A stretch of DNA of 64,000 nt from a virus. Position numbers and translations under genes: made by a program. The stretch lies in IMG/VR virus record IMGVR_UViG_3300020419_000009, positions 1 to 64,000 of that record. The stretch is one strand, 5' to 3'. The notes beneath the pieces were generated by a model. That model had not been told where the DNA came from. It saw only the letters and a program-made list of their open reading frames with translations, and did not search any database. Below, one piece after another: positions 8,468 through 17,420 of this stretch (the first letter of the stretch is position 1; every line of letters begins with the position of its first letter).

Positions 8468-8653
8468 ATGATTACTAGATATAGAATCATGGACAGTTCC
8501 GATAATCAAGTAGCGGAGGCAAACAGTCCCGAAGAATGTGACCAAATCATTCATCATTTGGGCGAACAAAACCCTTGCGAACAGTACTCCGTGGAATCGT
8601 TTAACGTAAGTAGTGTTAAACCAGGATTTGGACGTGATCCAGATTTGCATTAA
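8468..8653 (+). CDS. small acidic hypothetical protein
   Basis: 61 aa filling the gap; TAAATA at 8455-8460 lies 7 nt before the ATG; a hairpin follows the stop. Confidence 0.55.
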   Translation: MITRYRIMDSSDNQVAEANSPEECDQIIHHLGEQNPCEQYSVESFNVSSVKPGFGRDPDLH

Positions 8654-8655
8654 TG

Positions 8656-8676
8656 GAATGAGCTAAACGCTCATTC
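8656..8676. terminator. 8-bp hairpin between convergent units, possible terminator
   Basis: GAATGAGC-TAAAC-GCTCATTC starts 2 nt after the stop of 8468..8653. Confidence 0.45.
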
Positions 8677-8747
8677 GTGTTATCGCTTTCGCTCAAACAC
8701 TTATTATATGTGTAATATTAAGTGCGAAGCACTTACGTTTCATGTAG

Positions 8748-9046
8748 ATTGTTTAGTCAGACGGAACCTTACAGCAGGCTCCATCATCCCTAGCTTCATG
8801 TGAGTTCGCATAGCCGAGATCGGAAATAGGTATTTGACTTTGCTACTGGGCTCTGACCTTTCCCAACCTACGTCGACATCACGAAAAATTTGCAAAACCG
8901 CTTTACCGCTTCGCGGGTTTCTCGCTATCCCCTGCTTCGTTCCTAGTGCATGGGGTTTTCGTAGCAAATAGCCTAGTGGACTCGCCAGTTCTGATGTAGC
9001 TCGTAGCTACACCTCAAAGCGGATCGAGGTACCCCGATCAAACAAT
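8748..9046 (-). ncRNA. putative large structured non-coding RNA (~300 nt), family not recognised
   Basis: 150 of 300 nt are G/C over 8761-9060 in an AT-rich genome. Terminal helix AUUGUUU/AAACAAU, several internal hairpins whose G-U pairs work only on the minus strand, and two possible pseudoknots. Confidence 0.65.
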
Positions 9047-9059
9047 GTCCGTATATTGC

Positions 9060-9482
9060 CTATATTGTTTTAAGTTGTTCTTTTAAGATTTTTGAACTGC
9101 CTACCCGCACATTAATGATACCATTATAGTAATCATCGGTTTCTAGTACTCTGCGGTCAAATTGTTCCTTAGCCTCTAAGTAGCTCATTAAGCCTCTGCT
9201 TTTACACATATAAAGTATTTCTCTTGTAAAATTTTCTTGTCCTAGTTGTTCTACGTCTGCAATTAGATGATCTGAGGAACCCCAATATTCTTTCCAATCG
9301 CTTTCAACTTTGCTTCTTCTTTTGTTTTTCTTGCCTTTTAATGGAGGTTTTGTTTTCTTAAATTTTGCTAACTTTTTGCCTATGTACTTACGTCCGTTGG
9401 TTGTATTGGTAATTAGATATACAAATCCTTCGATATCCTCTGGGAGAATTTCTACTTTTTTTCCTTGGTAAGTCCACTGCAT
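9060..9482 (-). CDS. stand-alone GIY-YIG family endonuclease
   Basis: GFVYLITNTTNGRKYIGKK (GIY...YIG), later SYLEAKE (Glu) and YYNG (Asn); 140 aa with a Lys/Arg-rich insertion. Confidence 0.8.
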   Translation of the reverse strand: MQWTYQGKKVEILPEDIEGFVYLITNTTNGRKYIGKKLAKFKKTKPPLKGKKNKRRSKVESDWKEYWGSSDHLIADVEQLGQENFTREILYMCKSRGLMSYLEAKEQFDRRVLETDDYYNGIINVRVGSSKILKEQLKTI

Positions 9483-9500
9483 ATGGATACTTACCCTAGC

Positions 9501-9701
9501 CTAATCTACAGTGTGGTCGGTCTTGGAATTATGCTTATAATGAATCTCGTCCATGCGTAATTTTGCAAGTCTACGTATTTCTCTTAGCCACTTACGACTT
9601 TCTCGATGTGTACGCACAGAGTTTCTAGCCTCAAATGCCTCGTTTGCCTTAAAATATGCCATATAAGCCTTTGTTAATAAATCATGTGTATCATCATTCA
9701 T
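9501..9701 (-). CDS. small basic helical hypothetical protein with weak resemblance to Hc1-like proteins
   Basis: Likely start ATG 9701 overlapping the gp46 stop; 66 aa containing RESRKWLREIRRLAKLR. Confidence 0.6.
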   Translation of the reverse strand: MNDDTHDLLTKAYMAYFKANEAFEARNSVRTHRESRKWLREIRRLAKLRMDEIHYKHNSKTDHTVD

Positions 9702-11469
9702 TGAATATTTCCACATCATTTTCATATGATGTAAAGCCGTTCTCCTTGATCACTTTTAAAACGTGTGTTACTCTACCAACAAGTTCGTCTTTGTGTGATA
9801 TTAGGTATACGTTTTTGTTTCGCTCTCTACCCATCTTTTTGAGTACAGCTAAACTATTCTCTACACCACTAGTATCCATACCTGAATCAATAAGCTCATC
9901 TATGAACAGCAGATTAATATTTTGATACAAGCTCTCCCAAACATCTCTGAATGCAAAGCTCATACCAAGAATCAATCTGTTACGTTCACCCCTGGAAAGA
10001 TTATCAAAATCGAGATCCTGACCAAGTTGTGTGATTTCAACAGCCAAGTCGTTCATGAAAACAACTTGATGAGGTAATCCTAATTTGTCAAGATAGTGGG
10101 TGAGCCTATTGTTCAGGTATGCCAAGTTTTGATCAATAATCTTTTTTCGAATAAAAGAATCTTTGTTAGTTAATAACTTTAACAAAAACTCTTGATGTTC
10201 TCTAAGACTAGTGAGCTCATTGACTGTAGTCCAGTCAATTTCTTGGATTCCTTTGTTTTTTAAATCATCAATCTGTTCTTGATAAGGATCTGTTTCATTA
10301 CTAGAATTGTCAAAAGCAGATTTTAATTGTTGTACGTTTTGTTTGTGATCATAAACTTCTTTAATAGTTTCATAAAAAGTTTCGGGTCTTCCATTTATAT
10401 CACCTATACCTTTTAACTGATCGTTTGCTATTTTTAGTTTGTCATTAATTTCTGTTTGATATGATACTGCATCATCATATTCTTTTTGTTTTGTTTTTTC
10501 AATTTCTTTTTTCTTTTCTTCTTGTAAGTCTTGACCACAAGCATAGCATTTTGCGTCAGCAAGACCTTCTATATCTTTTGAAACTTTGTCTACAGACTTA
10601 TCTGCTCTCATTAATGCAGAGTCAAGTGTAGAAGTTTCTTTTTTTAGATTATTAATCTTTGTATTCAATTCTTCCCAATTTTGTAACTGTTCGTGCTTTG
10701 CAATTTCTTTATCTACATCAAGATGTTCAAGTTCGTCTATACCTTTTTGTAGTTTATCTATGTTAGTTTTTTTAGTTGTTTCCCAAGCACTTTGTTTTAA
10801 TTTTAGACTTTCTATAGTTTCTTCTATCCTATCATTACTTTGTTTTTGTGCATTTATAGTTGCATTCTCTTCTGTAATAGCATCTTTTGTACTTTTAATT
10901 TTTTCTTTCAAAGACTCTGCTTTTTCAGATAATATAGTAATACCAAGCAACTGTTCAATAATATCTTTTTGGTCATTTACTTTCATACTTAGGAACGGTT
11001 CAGTATAAGTGTTTAATGCAAGTATGTGTTTAAACATATTATGACTCATACCTAACAGTTCATTTATAGTTTCTTGTGTTTTTCTACTGTCACCTTGGCT
11101 TTCGTCTACTAGTTCTTGTTCTTGATCATTAATAAAAAACTTTAATAAATTAGGACCCCGTCCTCTTTCTACTTTATAGCTAGTACCATCTTTTTCAAAA
11201 GTCAGCGTAACTAACATGCCCTTGTTATTAGTCTTGTTAATAAGGTTATTTCTTTTAATATTTGTAAGTGCTAACCCGTATAATGCATAACTTAATGCAT
11301 TTACAATAGTTGTTTTACCGGTTCCGTTTCTAGAACCCATATCATCACCACCTTGATCAAGATTTTCACCGAGAACTAGTGTTAATTGTTGCTTGTCAAA
11401 GTCTACTGCCTGGGTTTGGTTACCCACACTCATAAAATTTCTAACTGTAAGATTTTTTATTTTAATCAT
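9694..11469 (-). CDS. gp46: recombination endonuclease ATPase subunit (gp46/SbcC/Rad50)
   Basis: Walker A RNGTGKTT, zinc hook CYAC, signature LSRGE, Walker B LLFIDE, H-loop ISHK. Confidence 0.95.
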   Translation of the reverse strand: MIKIKNLTVRNFMSVGNQTQAVDFDKQQLTLVLGENLDQGGDDMGSRNGTGKTTIVNALSYALYGLALTNIKRNNLINKTNNKGMLVTLTFEKDGTSYKVERGRGPNLLKFFINDQEQELVDESQGDSRKTQETINELLGMSHNMFKHILALNTYTEPFLSMKVNDQKDIIEQLLGITILSEKAESLKEKIKSTKDAITEENATINAQKQSNDRIEETIESLKLKQSAWETTKKTNIDKLQKGIDELEHLDVDKEIAKHEQLQNWEELNTKINNLKKETSTLDSALMRADKSVDKVSKDIEGLADAKCYACGQDLQEEKKKEIEKTKQKEYDDAVSYQTEINDKLKIANDQLKGIGDINGRPETFYETIKEVYDHKQNVQQLKSAFDNSSNETDPYQEQIDDLKNKGIQEIDWTTVNELTSLREHQEFLLKLLTNKDSFIRKKIIDQNLAYLNNRLTHYLDKLGLPHQVVFMNDLAVEITQLGQDLDFDNLSRGERNRLILGMSFAFRDVWESLYQNINLLFIDELIDSGMDTSGVENSLAVLKKMGRERNKNVYLISHKDELVGRVTHVLKVIKENGFTSYENDVEIFNE

Positions 11470-12476
11470 AGCTCACCATATATTCCCAACAGCAAATTCT
11501 TATCATAGTTTTCAGTGTCAATAGCAGTAATCTCCTTAGTAACAATTTGATCTACACTTTCAAACTGTGTTATGTCTATATCTGTATGAATCTCTTCATC
11601 TTGTTGGCTAGGAATAAGTGTAATTTCTCTACAATCATAATCATTTACAAATGTTTCTTTTATAAAACTTGCTTCTTCATAAGAAATAGGTAAATCCAAT
11701 GTTACTCTAAGATACATTTTTGATTTTAAAACTGCTTCTTTTTCATCTAATAATTTTGATAATTTAAGTGTTCTATACTTAGGACAATCGTCCCAGTTAA
11801 TGTAATGAGGTTCTTTATTATTTTCCTTATCAAGAATCATCATTCCTCTATCATCGTCCCATGCATCTGCATAGTTGTGTGGAAAAGCATTTCCTAAGTA
11901 ATGTATTCTTCCTTGAATCTGTCTTTTATGGAAATGACCTGAAAATACATATTCTTGATTTTTAAAATGTTCAGCTTTTAGTTCTCCAGTGTCAGGCATC
12001 TGAACCATAGCATTCATATAAAAATTTGGAAGTTCAAAATGTCCAAACATATACTTTGCTTTAATCTTAGAAATCTTTTTCCATTCTTCTCCAACTAACC
12101 AAGGAACAAGTGCTACATCATCTTCTACTAGTATTTCATCTACGTAAGTGATACCAGGAATATGTTTACCAAATTCAACACTATAAACATCACGTTTGTC
12201 TTTGTAATATAAATCATGATTACCAGCAAAGAAATAAAATTTCTCAAATGCCGCACCCAGTTTTTCTAAGCATCTTGTTGTTGTGTCTAGTGTCTGTACA
12301 TTAATTGTATTACGATTATGATGCCAGTCGCCACAAAATATTCCAGTTTCACAACCGTTGGCTTTTGCTTGGTCGATAAACCAATCTACAAACTCTTCGC
12401 AATCTTGTAAATGTACCTTACTGTTAGACTTCAACCCAAGGTGAATATCAGTAAATACCGCCGCTTTTTTAAACAA
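11466..12476 (-). CDS. gp47: recombination endonuclease nuclease subunit (gp47/SbcD/Mre11)
   Basis: Metallophosphoesterase motifs TDIHLG, CGDWHH, AGNHD, FGHFE, SGHFH. Confidence 0.95.
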   Translation of the reverse strand: MFKKAAVFTDIHLGLKSNSKVHLQDCEEFVDWFIDQAKANGCETGIFCGDWHHNRNTINVQTLDTTTRCLEKLGAAFEKFYFFAGNHDLYYKDKRDVYSVEFGKHIPGITYVDEILVEDDVALVPWLVGEEWKKISKIKAKYMFGHFELPNFYMNAMVQMPDTGELKAEHFKNQEYVFSGHFHKRQIQGRIHYLGNAFPHNYADAWDDDRGMMILDKENNKEPHYINWDDCPKYRTLKLSKLLDEKEAVLKSKMYLRVTLDLPISYEEASFIKETFVNDYDCREITLIPSQQDEEIHTDIDITQFESVDQIVTKEITAIDTENYDKNLLLGIYGEL

Positions 12477-12496
12477 ACTACAATCCTTCCTAGTGT

Positions 12497-12525
12497 ATTA
12501 TAAACAAAAACAAATGTTTTGTCAA
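12497..12525 (-). promoter_or_regulatory. sigma70-type early promoter for gp47-gp46
   Basis: TTGACA (12525-12520), 17-nt spacer, TATAAT (12502-12497): perfect consensus. Confidence 0.85.
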
Positions 12526-12533
12526 GTGTTTTT

Positions 12534-13409
12534 TTACTTTTTGGCTGAACTAGTAGTAGTTGTTGCTGTAGTTGTTGCCGTAGTACTAGCTTCTTTAATA
12601 TGCTTATCCCTGTTTCTTTCCCATTCACCTTGTGCCTGTCTAGTATAACTAGGATTCATATTGTTCATTTCTAAAATGTCATCTCTAATATTTTGATTAC
12701 GTTTTTCGATATTAATAACTCTTACGAAAGAATTGGTTACTGCCGCAGTATAGTATGCAAATGGATTATTTGATTTTGATTCATCAAATTGTAATCCAAT
12801 TTGTGACAACTGTAAAATTGCTTGTCCACGCATTTCATCATTGTAAGTGTACCCACGTACATTTCCTCTGGTAGCATATCTATCACATAACTTCATCCAC
12901 ATCATAGCTAACTTATTAGTAGCTTGTCCGTGACCTTTGTTAAAGTAACCGTTTTCCATACCGCCTTCCCAGTGACTTTTTCCTACTAAAACAAGTTCGT
13001 TTTTGTCATTGAATACGTAATGTGCAAAAGGAGGAAAGTTTAGCTTTACTTTAGTGTCAGCTACTGTCTTAGGATTCTTTTTTCTACCAGGTTCTTCTGG
13101 TATGTGATCAAATGACATTATTCTAAAAACAAGATCTGTTTTTTGTACTTTTCTATAATCTACTTCAAATTGTGCAAGTTTAACTCTTTTTCCTTCATTC
13201 TTTGCTTTTTCAAATGCCTTTTGTTGCAATCTTTTTGCTTGATTTCTTTTGGCCTCAGCTATGGTTCTAATGTTTATTTTATCAATACTTGGCAGTATGA
13301 TATCGTACATTGCGTAGTCATTATCGGTATAACTACAGAATGTGTTCTTGGACTTGGCTATTTCCGCCAAAATGTCCTTGTTGTTGAGGTAATTAATTCT
13401 TTTATTCAT
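12534..13409 (-). CDS. gp55: late transcription sigma factor (T4 gp55-like)
   Basis: NYLNNKDIL at the N-terminus, RGYTYNDEM, FDESKSNNPFAYYT...NSFVRVINIEKR; adjacent to gp47/gp46 as in T4. Confidence 0.88.
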   Translation of the reverse strand: MNKRINYLNNKDILAEIAKSKNTFCSYTDNDYAMYDIILPSIDKINIRTIAEAKRNQAKRLQQKAFEKAKNEGKRVKLAQFEVDYRKVQKTDLVFRIMSFDHIPEEPGRKKNPKTVADTKVKLNFPPFAHYVFNDKNELVLVGKSHWEGGMENGYFNKGHGQATNKLAMMWMKLCDRYATRGNVRGYTYNDEMRGQAILQLSQIGLQFDESKSNNPFAYYTAAVTNSFVRVINIEKRNQNIRDDILEMNNMNPSYTRQAQGEWERNRDKHIKEASTTATTTATTTTSSAKK

Positions 13410-13432
13410 GTTTTCTCCAGTTTACATACCAC

Positions 13433-13461
13433 ATTATAATACACTCTGTTAATTTTGTCAA
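13433..13461 (-). promoter_or_regulatory. sigma70-type early promoter for gp55
   Basis: TTGACA (13461-13456), 17-nt spacer, TATAAT (13438-13433), then GGAG RBS. Confidence 0.85.
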
Positions 13462-13462
13462 C

Positions 13463-13468
13463 TAAATA
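13463..13468 (+). promoter_or_regulatory. late promoter core TAAATA for the baseplate operon
   Basis: 19 nt upstream of ATG 13488, back-to-back with the gp55 -35 box. Confidence 0.55.
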
Positions 13469-13487
13469 ATAGAAAGGAGTTAACCAA

Positions 13488-14414
13488 ATGGCAATAGGCG
13501 ATCCCAAAGTAGGAACATCAGGAAGCGGACAAAATCCTAATTCAGGTAACAAGCCTTCATTTATCAGTAAGGTATTTGAGGGTGCTAAGGATATAGGACA
13601 AGACATATACAAAGGTGCAGGTGAGTTTGCTGACAATTACATGTCCTCCGTTCGTGGTAAAAATTTACCCGGTAAAGCTGACGAATTTGGAACAACCGAA
13701 GACGGAACAGCTTTTTGGGGATATGGCGATTTAGAAGGTAAAGATTGGCGAGTTTCGTTAAGCGTACCTAACAATGCAAACTTTAAAAATTCCAAGCTAT
13801 TGACACCTCTTTCGCATACTGGAAATAGGATGGTGTTTCCTTATACACCAACTATTATATTGAGCCACTCTGCAGGGTACAATCAAATCCAGCCTATACA
13901 TAATAATTATCCCTTTTTTGCATACCAGAATTCACAAGTGGATCAGCTTGTTATTACAGGACAATTTTACAATCAAAACAGCATAGAAGCACAATATTGG
14001 ATAGCATGTTTACATTATCTAAGATCTGTAACTAAGATGGATTATGGGACAGGACAAAATGCAGGAGCGCCACCTCCTATCGTAAAACTTAATGGTTATG
14101 GAGATTACGTTTTTAAAGATACTCCTGTGTTAATCACAAACTTTACAGTTGATATGCCTACAGAAGTTGATTATCTTGCAACAGGAATATCAACAGGAAG
14201 AGATACACCAGTTAATGATCCAAGACCAGGACCTATGGGAAGAAATGATAAAAGTAGAGTTGAACAATTATCGCAAGATGGAAAAATTACTTGGGCGCCT
14301 GTAGAATCTCAATTTACGGTTACATGTCAACCTATCTACAGCAGAGATAAAGTTGAAAAATTTAATTACAAATCTTTTGTTAACGGTGACGGTATTACAG
14401 GAGGATTTATTTAA
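13488..14414 (+). CDS. baseplate tail-tube junction/initiator protein (gp48/gp54-like)
   Basis: FPYTPTI, LHYLRSVTKM, GAPPPIVKL and PVLITNFTVD fit a tube-fold pattern; first gene of the baseplate operon. Confidence 0.6.
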   Translation: MAIGDPKVGTSGSGQNPNSGNKPSFISKVFEGAKDIGQDIYKGAGEFADNYMSSVRGKNLPGKADEFGTTEDGTAFWGYGDLEGKDWRVSLSVPNNANFKNSKLLTPLSHTGNRMVFPYTPTIILSHSAGYNQIQPIHNNYPFFAYQNSQVDQLVITGQFYNQNSIEAQYWIACLHYLRSVTKMDYGTGQNAGAPPPIVKLNGYGDYVFKDTPVLITNFTVDMPTEVDYLATGISTGRDTPVNDPRPGPMGRNDKSRVEQLSQDGKITWAPVESQFTVTCQPIYSRDKVEKFNYKSFVNGDGITGGFI

Positions 14415-14701
14415 TGTCTAATCCCTACGCAAACACAAGTATACTTCCAGATGGAACATTAGATTTATTACAAATCAGAGCTGTGCCTGGATACGCCGAT
14501 GATGCGTTATATACAATTGAACCACAATATCATCAAAGACCAGATCTGTTAGCATATGATTTATATACGGATCACAAACTATGGTGGATATTTGCACAAA
14601 GGAACATGGATGTGATGGAAGATCCGGTATACGACTTGACCGCAGGAAAACAAATTTATTTGCCACAAAAAGACAAAGTTTTTGATCTACTAGGAGAATA
14701 A
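14414..14701 (+). CDS. baseplate wedge LysM-like protein (gp53-like)
   Basis: YTI..QYHQRPDLLAYDLY..HKLWWIFAQRN...L.AGKQIYLP. Confidence 0.8.
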   Translation: MSNPYANTSILPDGTLDLLQIRAVPGYADDALYTIEPQYHQRPDLLAYDLYTDHKLWWIFAQRNMDVMEDPVYDLTAGKQIYLPQKDKVFDLLGE

Positions 14702-14702
14702 C

Positions 14703-17420
14703 ATGTCAGATGCTACGGCAAAAATTAGAGAATGGACTGCTAAAAATAAAGATAAATTAAATCAAGAAGCAACTGAATTTAATGACGGTGAATACGGTAA
14801 AGCAATTAGTAACACCTCAATACCTAGCCAGAATAATATTGTCCAAGTAGACGACTTCGCAGAGTATGAAGCTAGTACATCTGATAGAGGTAAGGCAACA
14901 AAGACTGAGAAAAAAGAGCAAACTCCTTTTTACCAAGATGCTATACTTAGACAAGCATTTAAAATGGCAGACAAATACAGTGGTCCAGGGTTTCCATTAG
15001 AAAACCAACTTGAAAAGTTTGCAAGTGTGAATTTTATTTTTTCTTTAGGAGTACTTTCTACATACGAAACTAATTTTCCAGATATAACCTATAAACCAAA
15101 TGGTATTGAAAATGGTAAATTAATTTTAAAAAGCGGAGGAATTACAGACTCACAAGGGACCTCTAGAAAACCAAAAATTTACGCTGAAGGATTATACGGA
15201 ATAGACACAGCATATTTTATAGATGATGTTACTATCGATACTATAATTGCTCCAACCACAAAGGTAAGAGGATCAAACGCTGTTACTATAGAATTTAAAA
15301 TCAATGAACCATATAGCATGGGTAATTTACTACAAACAATGCGTATAGCGTCAGGTAATGCAGGATATGAAAATTATTTACATGCAGTATATTTGCTTAT
15401 GATAGAAACAATAGGATATGACGATAATGGTAAACTAATAAAAGGGGAAACAAGGCATATTCCAATGCAAATTTATAATATGGAATTTGGAACTTCTACA
15501 GAAGGATCTGTTTACGAAGTACAAGCTATTCCTTTTAATGAAACTGCGTTGTCAGACATACATCAAAATTTACAAGCCGACTTTACTATTTCCGGAAGAA
15601 ACGTTGAAGAAATGTTACAATCAGGTTTGAATAGTTTAGCTACTAATATTAATACAAATAAAATTAATAATAGAAGCACTAAGTTTAACGACTTTGGTAA
15701 TCAAGCGGATGTAGACGAATATTTAATATTGTTTCCTTTAGATACTACAAGTAAAACTTTTACAAACACAATTAGTAAGTTTGATAATAAAGCAATTGAG
15801 GGAGATTTTGCATACAAAGAATTTAGTTTGACAGAAGCATTTGGTAAAGATAAGTTACAGCCTTTCCCTTCAACAGGTTTTAAAATACAAGGTGAAGATT
15901 TTTCTCCTAAGATAGAAGACCAAATGTATACGTATATTCAAGGACAGGCCGGATGGAGTATAAAACGTTCTAATCTAAGCGAAGGAATAAAACAGAAATA
16001 CACAGGAGTCAGAGGAGAAGTAAATTCAATTGGAAAAGCAAAAATTAGTTTAGTTGACCCTTTATCAGGTAACGAAAAGCCACCTTTTGGTGTAGGAAAT
16101 TTTGCATATGACAGAGAGAACGGTGTTATTAAAAGGGACCAAACTACGATTAATACTAACGAAAAAACAATACAATTTACAAAAGGAACTAGTATTTCAA
16201 AAATTATTGAAGAAGTTGTAATGATAAGTGCATATGGTGATAGAATTAATGATGAAGGTGTTATAAAAAATAGAGATGGCTGGATTGATTGGTTTAGGGT
16301 AACAACAAGTGTATACGCACTAGACGGCAAAGCAACAGAAGAAATCACAGGTAGAAAAGCAAGGATATATGTTTATAAAGTAGTTCCTTACAAAGTACAC
16401 AGAAGTGTATTCATTATGCCTAATGATCCTCCTGTTGGATATGATAGAATTAGAGAACAGGCATGTAAGCATTACAATTACTTGTACACAGGAAAAAACA
16501 AAGATGTTTTAGATTTTGATCTAAATTTTAAGAATGCGTTTTTTCAAGCAATAGCAAATGATAGTGGAAACAAAGCAGGTAATACTTCTTTAGCTGAAAA
16601 AGGTAACAACACAACAGATGTAGAAAAAGACACAAATAATGGCAAGACTGTTCCTGGAAATTCAGATGGTGCTAGGATGGAAAAAACTGCAGATGCCTAC
16701 GGAAATCCTATCACAGCTGGTGCTATAACTGAAACGCCTTCTCTTAGAGTAGCACGTGCCTTCAACGAAGCACTAATGAACAGTGATGCTGACTTAATAG
16801 AACTTAACATGACCATAATGGGAGACTTGTATTTCTTAGCAGATAGCGGAATGGGTAATTATGTTTCTGCTGGTACCAAAGCATTAAATTTAAAAGCAGA
16901 CGGAACAATGGATGTAGAAAGTGGACAGGTAGATGTCTTAATTAATTTTAGAACTCCATTAGATATAAGCACTAGAGGACCAATGTTTGATGGCAAGTCG
17001 ATAGGTGTAAAAGATTTTAGTGGACTATACAGTCTTTATAAAGTAGAAAATATGTTTAGTTCAAATGAGTTTAGACAAGTGTTACACGGAGTTCGTAGGA
17101 AAAATCAAGGTAAACCTATACAAGTTGCTGACTTGTTGTATATTGATAAAGAGGCTAGAAAAAAGAGAATAGCTGATGCAAAAGCTAACGGAGACGAATT
17201 TGATGTAGCGTTAGCAGAAGCAGATCTAAATGGTGACAACAGACTTACACCGCTTGAAATATCCAAAGCACAATCAATGGGAGTTGATATAAAGAATGCT
17301 AAATTAATTGCTGAAGGAAAACATGAAAAGATAAGAACTAAGCGTATTGAAAAGAAAAAGCAATTAGAAAAAGACAAAGCTAATCCTAACCTTGGATTAC
17401 CAATGCGAGGATATATGTAA
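14703..17420 (+). CDS. baseplate hub protein (gp27-like), extended
   Basis: 905 aa between the LysM protein and the spike; FKINEPYS, MTIMGD and FSGLYSLYKVENMF hub-type motifs. Confidence 0.6.
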   Translation: MSDATAKIREWTAKNKDKLNQEATEFNDGEYGKAISNTSIPSQNNIVQVDDFAEYEASTSDRGKATKTEKKEQTPFYQDAILRQAFKMADKYSGPGFPLENQLEKFASVNFIFSLGVLSTYETNFPDITYKPNGIENGKLILKSGGITDSQGTSRKPKIYAEGLYGIDTAYFIDDVTIDTIIAPTTKVRGSNAVTIEFKINEPYSMGNLLQTMRIASGNAGYENYLHAVYLLMIETIGYDDNGKLIKGETRHIPMQIYNMEFGTSTEGSVYEVQAIPFNETALSDIHQNLQADFTISGRNVEEMLQSGLNSLATNINTNKINNRSTKFNDFGNQADVDEYLILFPLDTTSKTFTNTISKFDNKAIEGDFAYKEFSLTEAFGKDKLQPFPSTGFKIQGEDFSPKIEDQMYTYIQGQAGWSIKRSNLSEGIKQKYTGVRGEVNSIGKAKISLVDPLSGNEKPPFGVGNFAYDRENGVIKRDQTTINTNEKTIQFTKGTSISKIIEEVVMISAYGDRINDEGVIKNRDGWIDWFRVTTSVYALDGKATEEITGRKARIYVYKVVPYKVHRSVFIMPNDPPVGYDRIREQACKHYNYLYTGKNKDVLDFDLNFKNAFFQAIANDSGNKAGNTSLAEKGNNTTDVEKDTNNGKTVPGNSDGARMEKTADAYGNPITAGAITETPSLRVARAFNEALMNSDADLIELNMTIMGDLYFLADSGMGNYVSAGTKALNLKADGTMDVESGQVDVLINFRTPLDISTRGPMFDGKSIGVKDFSGLYSLYKVENMFSSNEFRQVLHGVRRKNQGKPIQVADLLYIDKEARKKRIADAKANGDEFDVALAEADLNGDNRLTPLEISKAQSMGVDIKNAKLIAEGKHEKIRTKRIEKKKQLEKDKANPNLGLPMRGYM

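Noticed and set aside
8740-8967. 75-aa minus-strand ORF inside the GC-rich gap
   Set aside because: TTG start without a clear RBS and atypical composition; it lies wholly within the base-paired element and is better explained as incidental.
8748-9046. RNase P RNA, tmRNA, tRNA or group I/II intron identity for the structured element
   Set aside because: GGGAAAGGUCAGAGCCC loosely resembles the RNase P P4 region, but it sits too far 3' and the ACAGAA..CGGCUUA element is absent. I see no tRNA-like ends or T-loop, no group I P7 core, no group II domain V, and no interrupted host gene.
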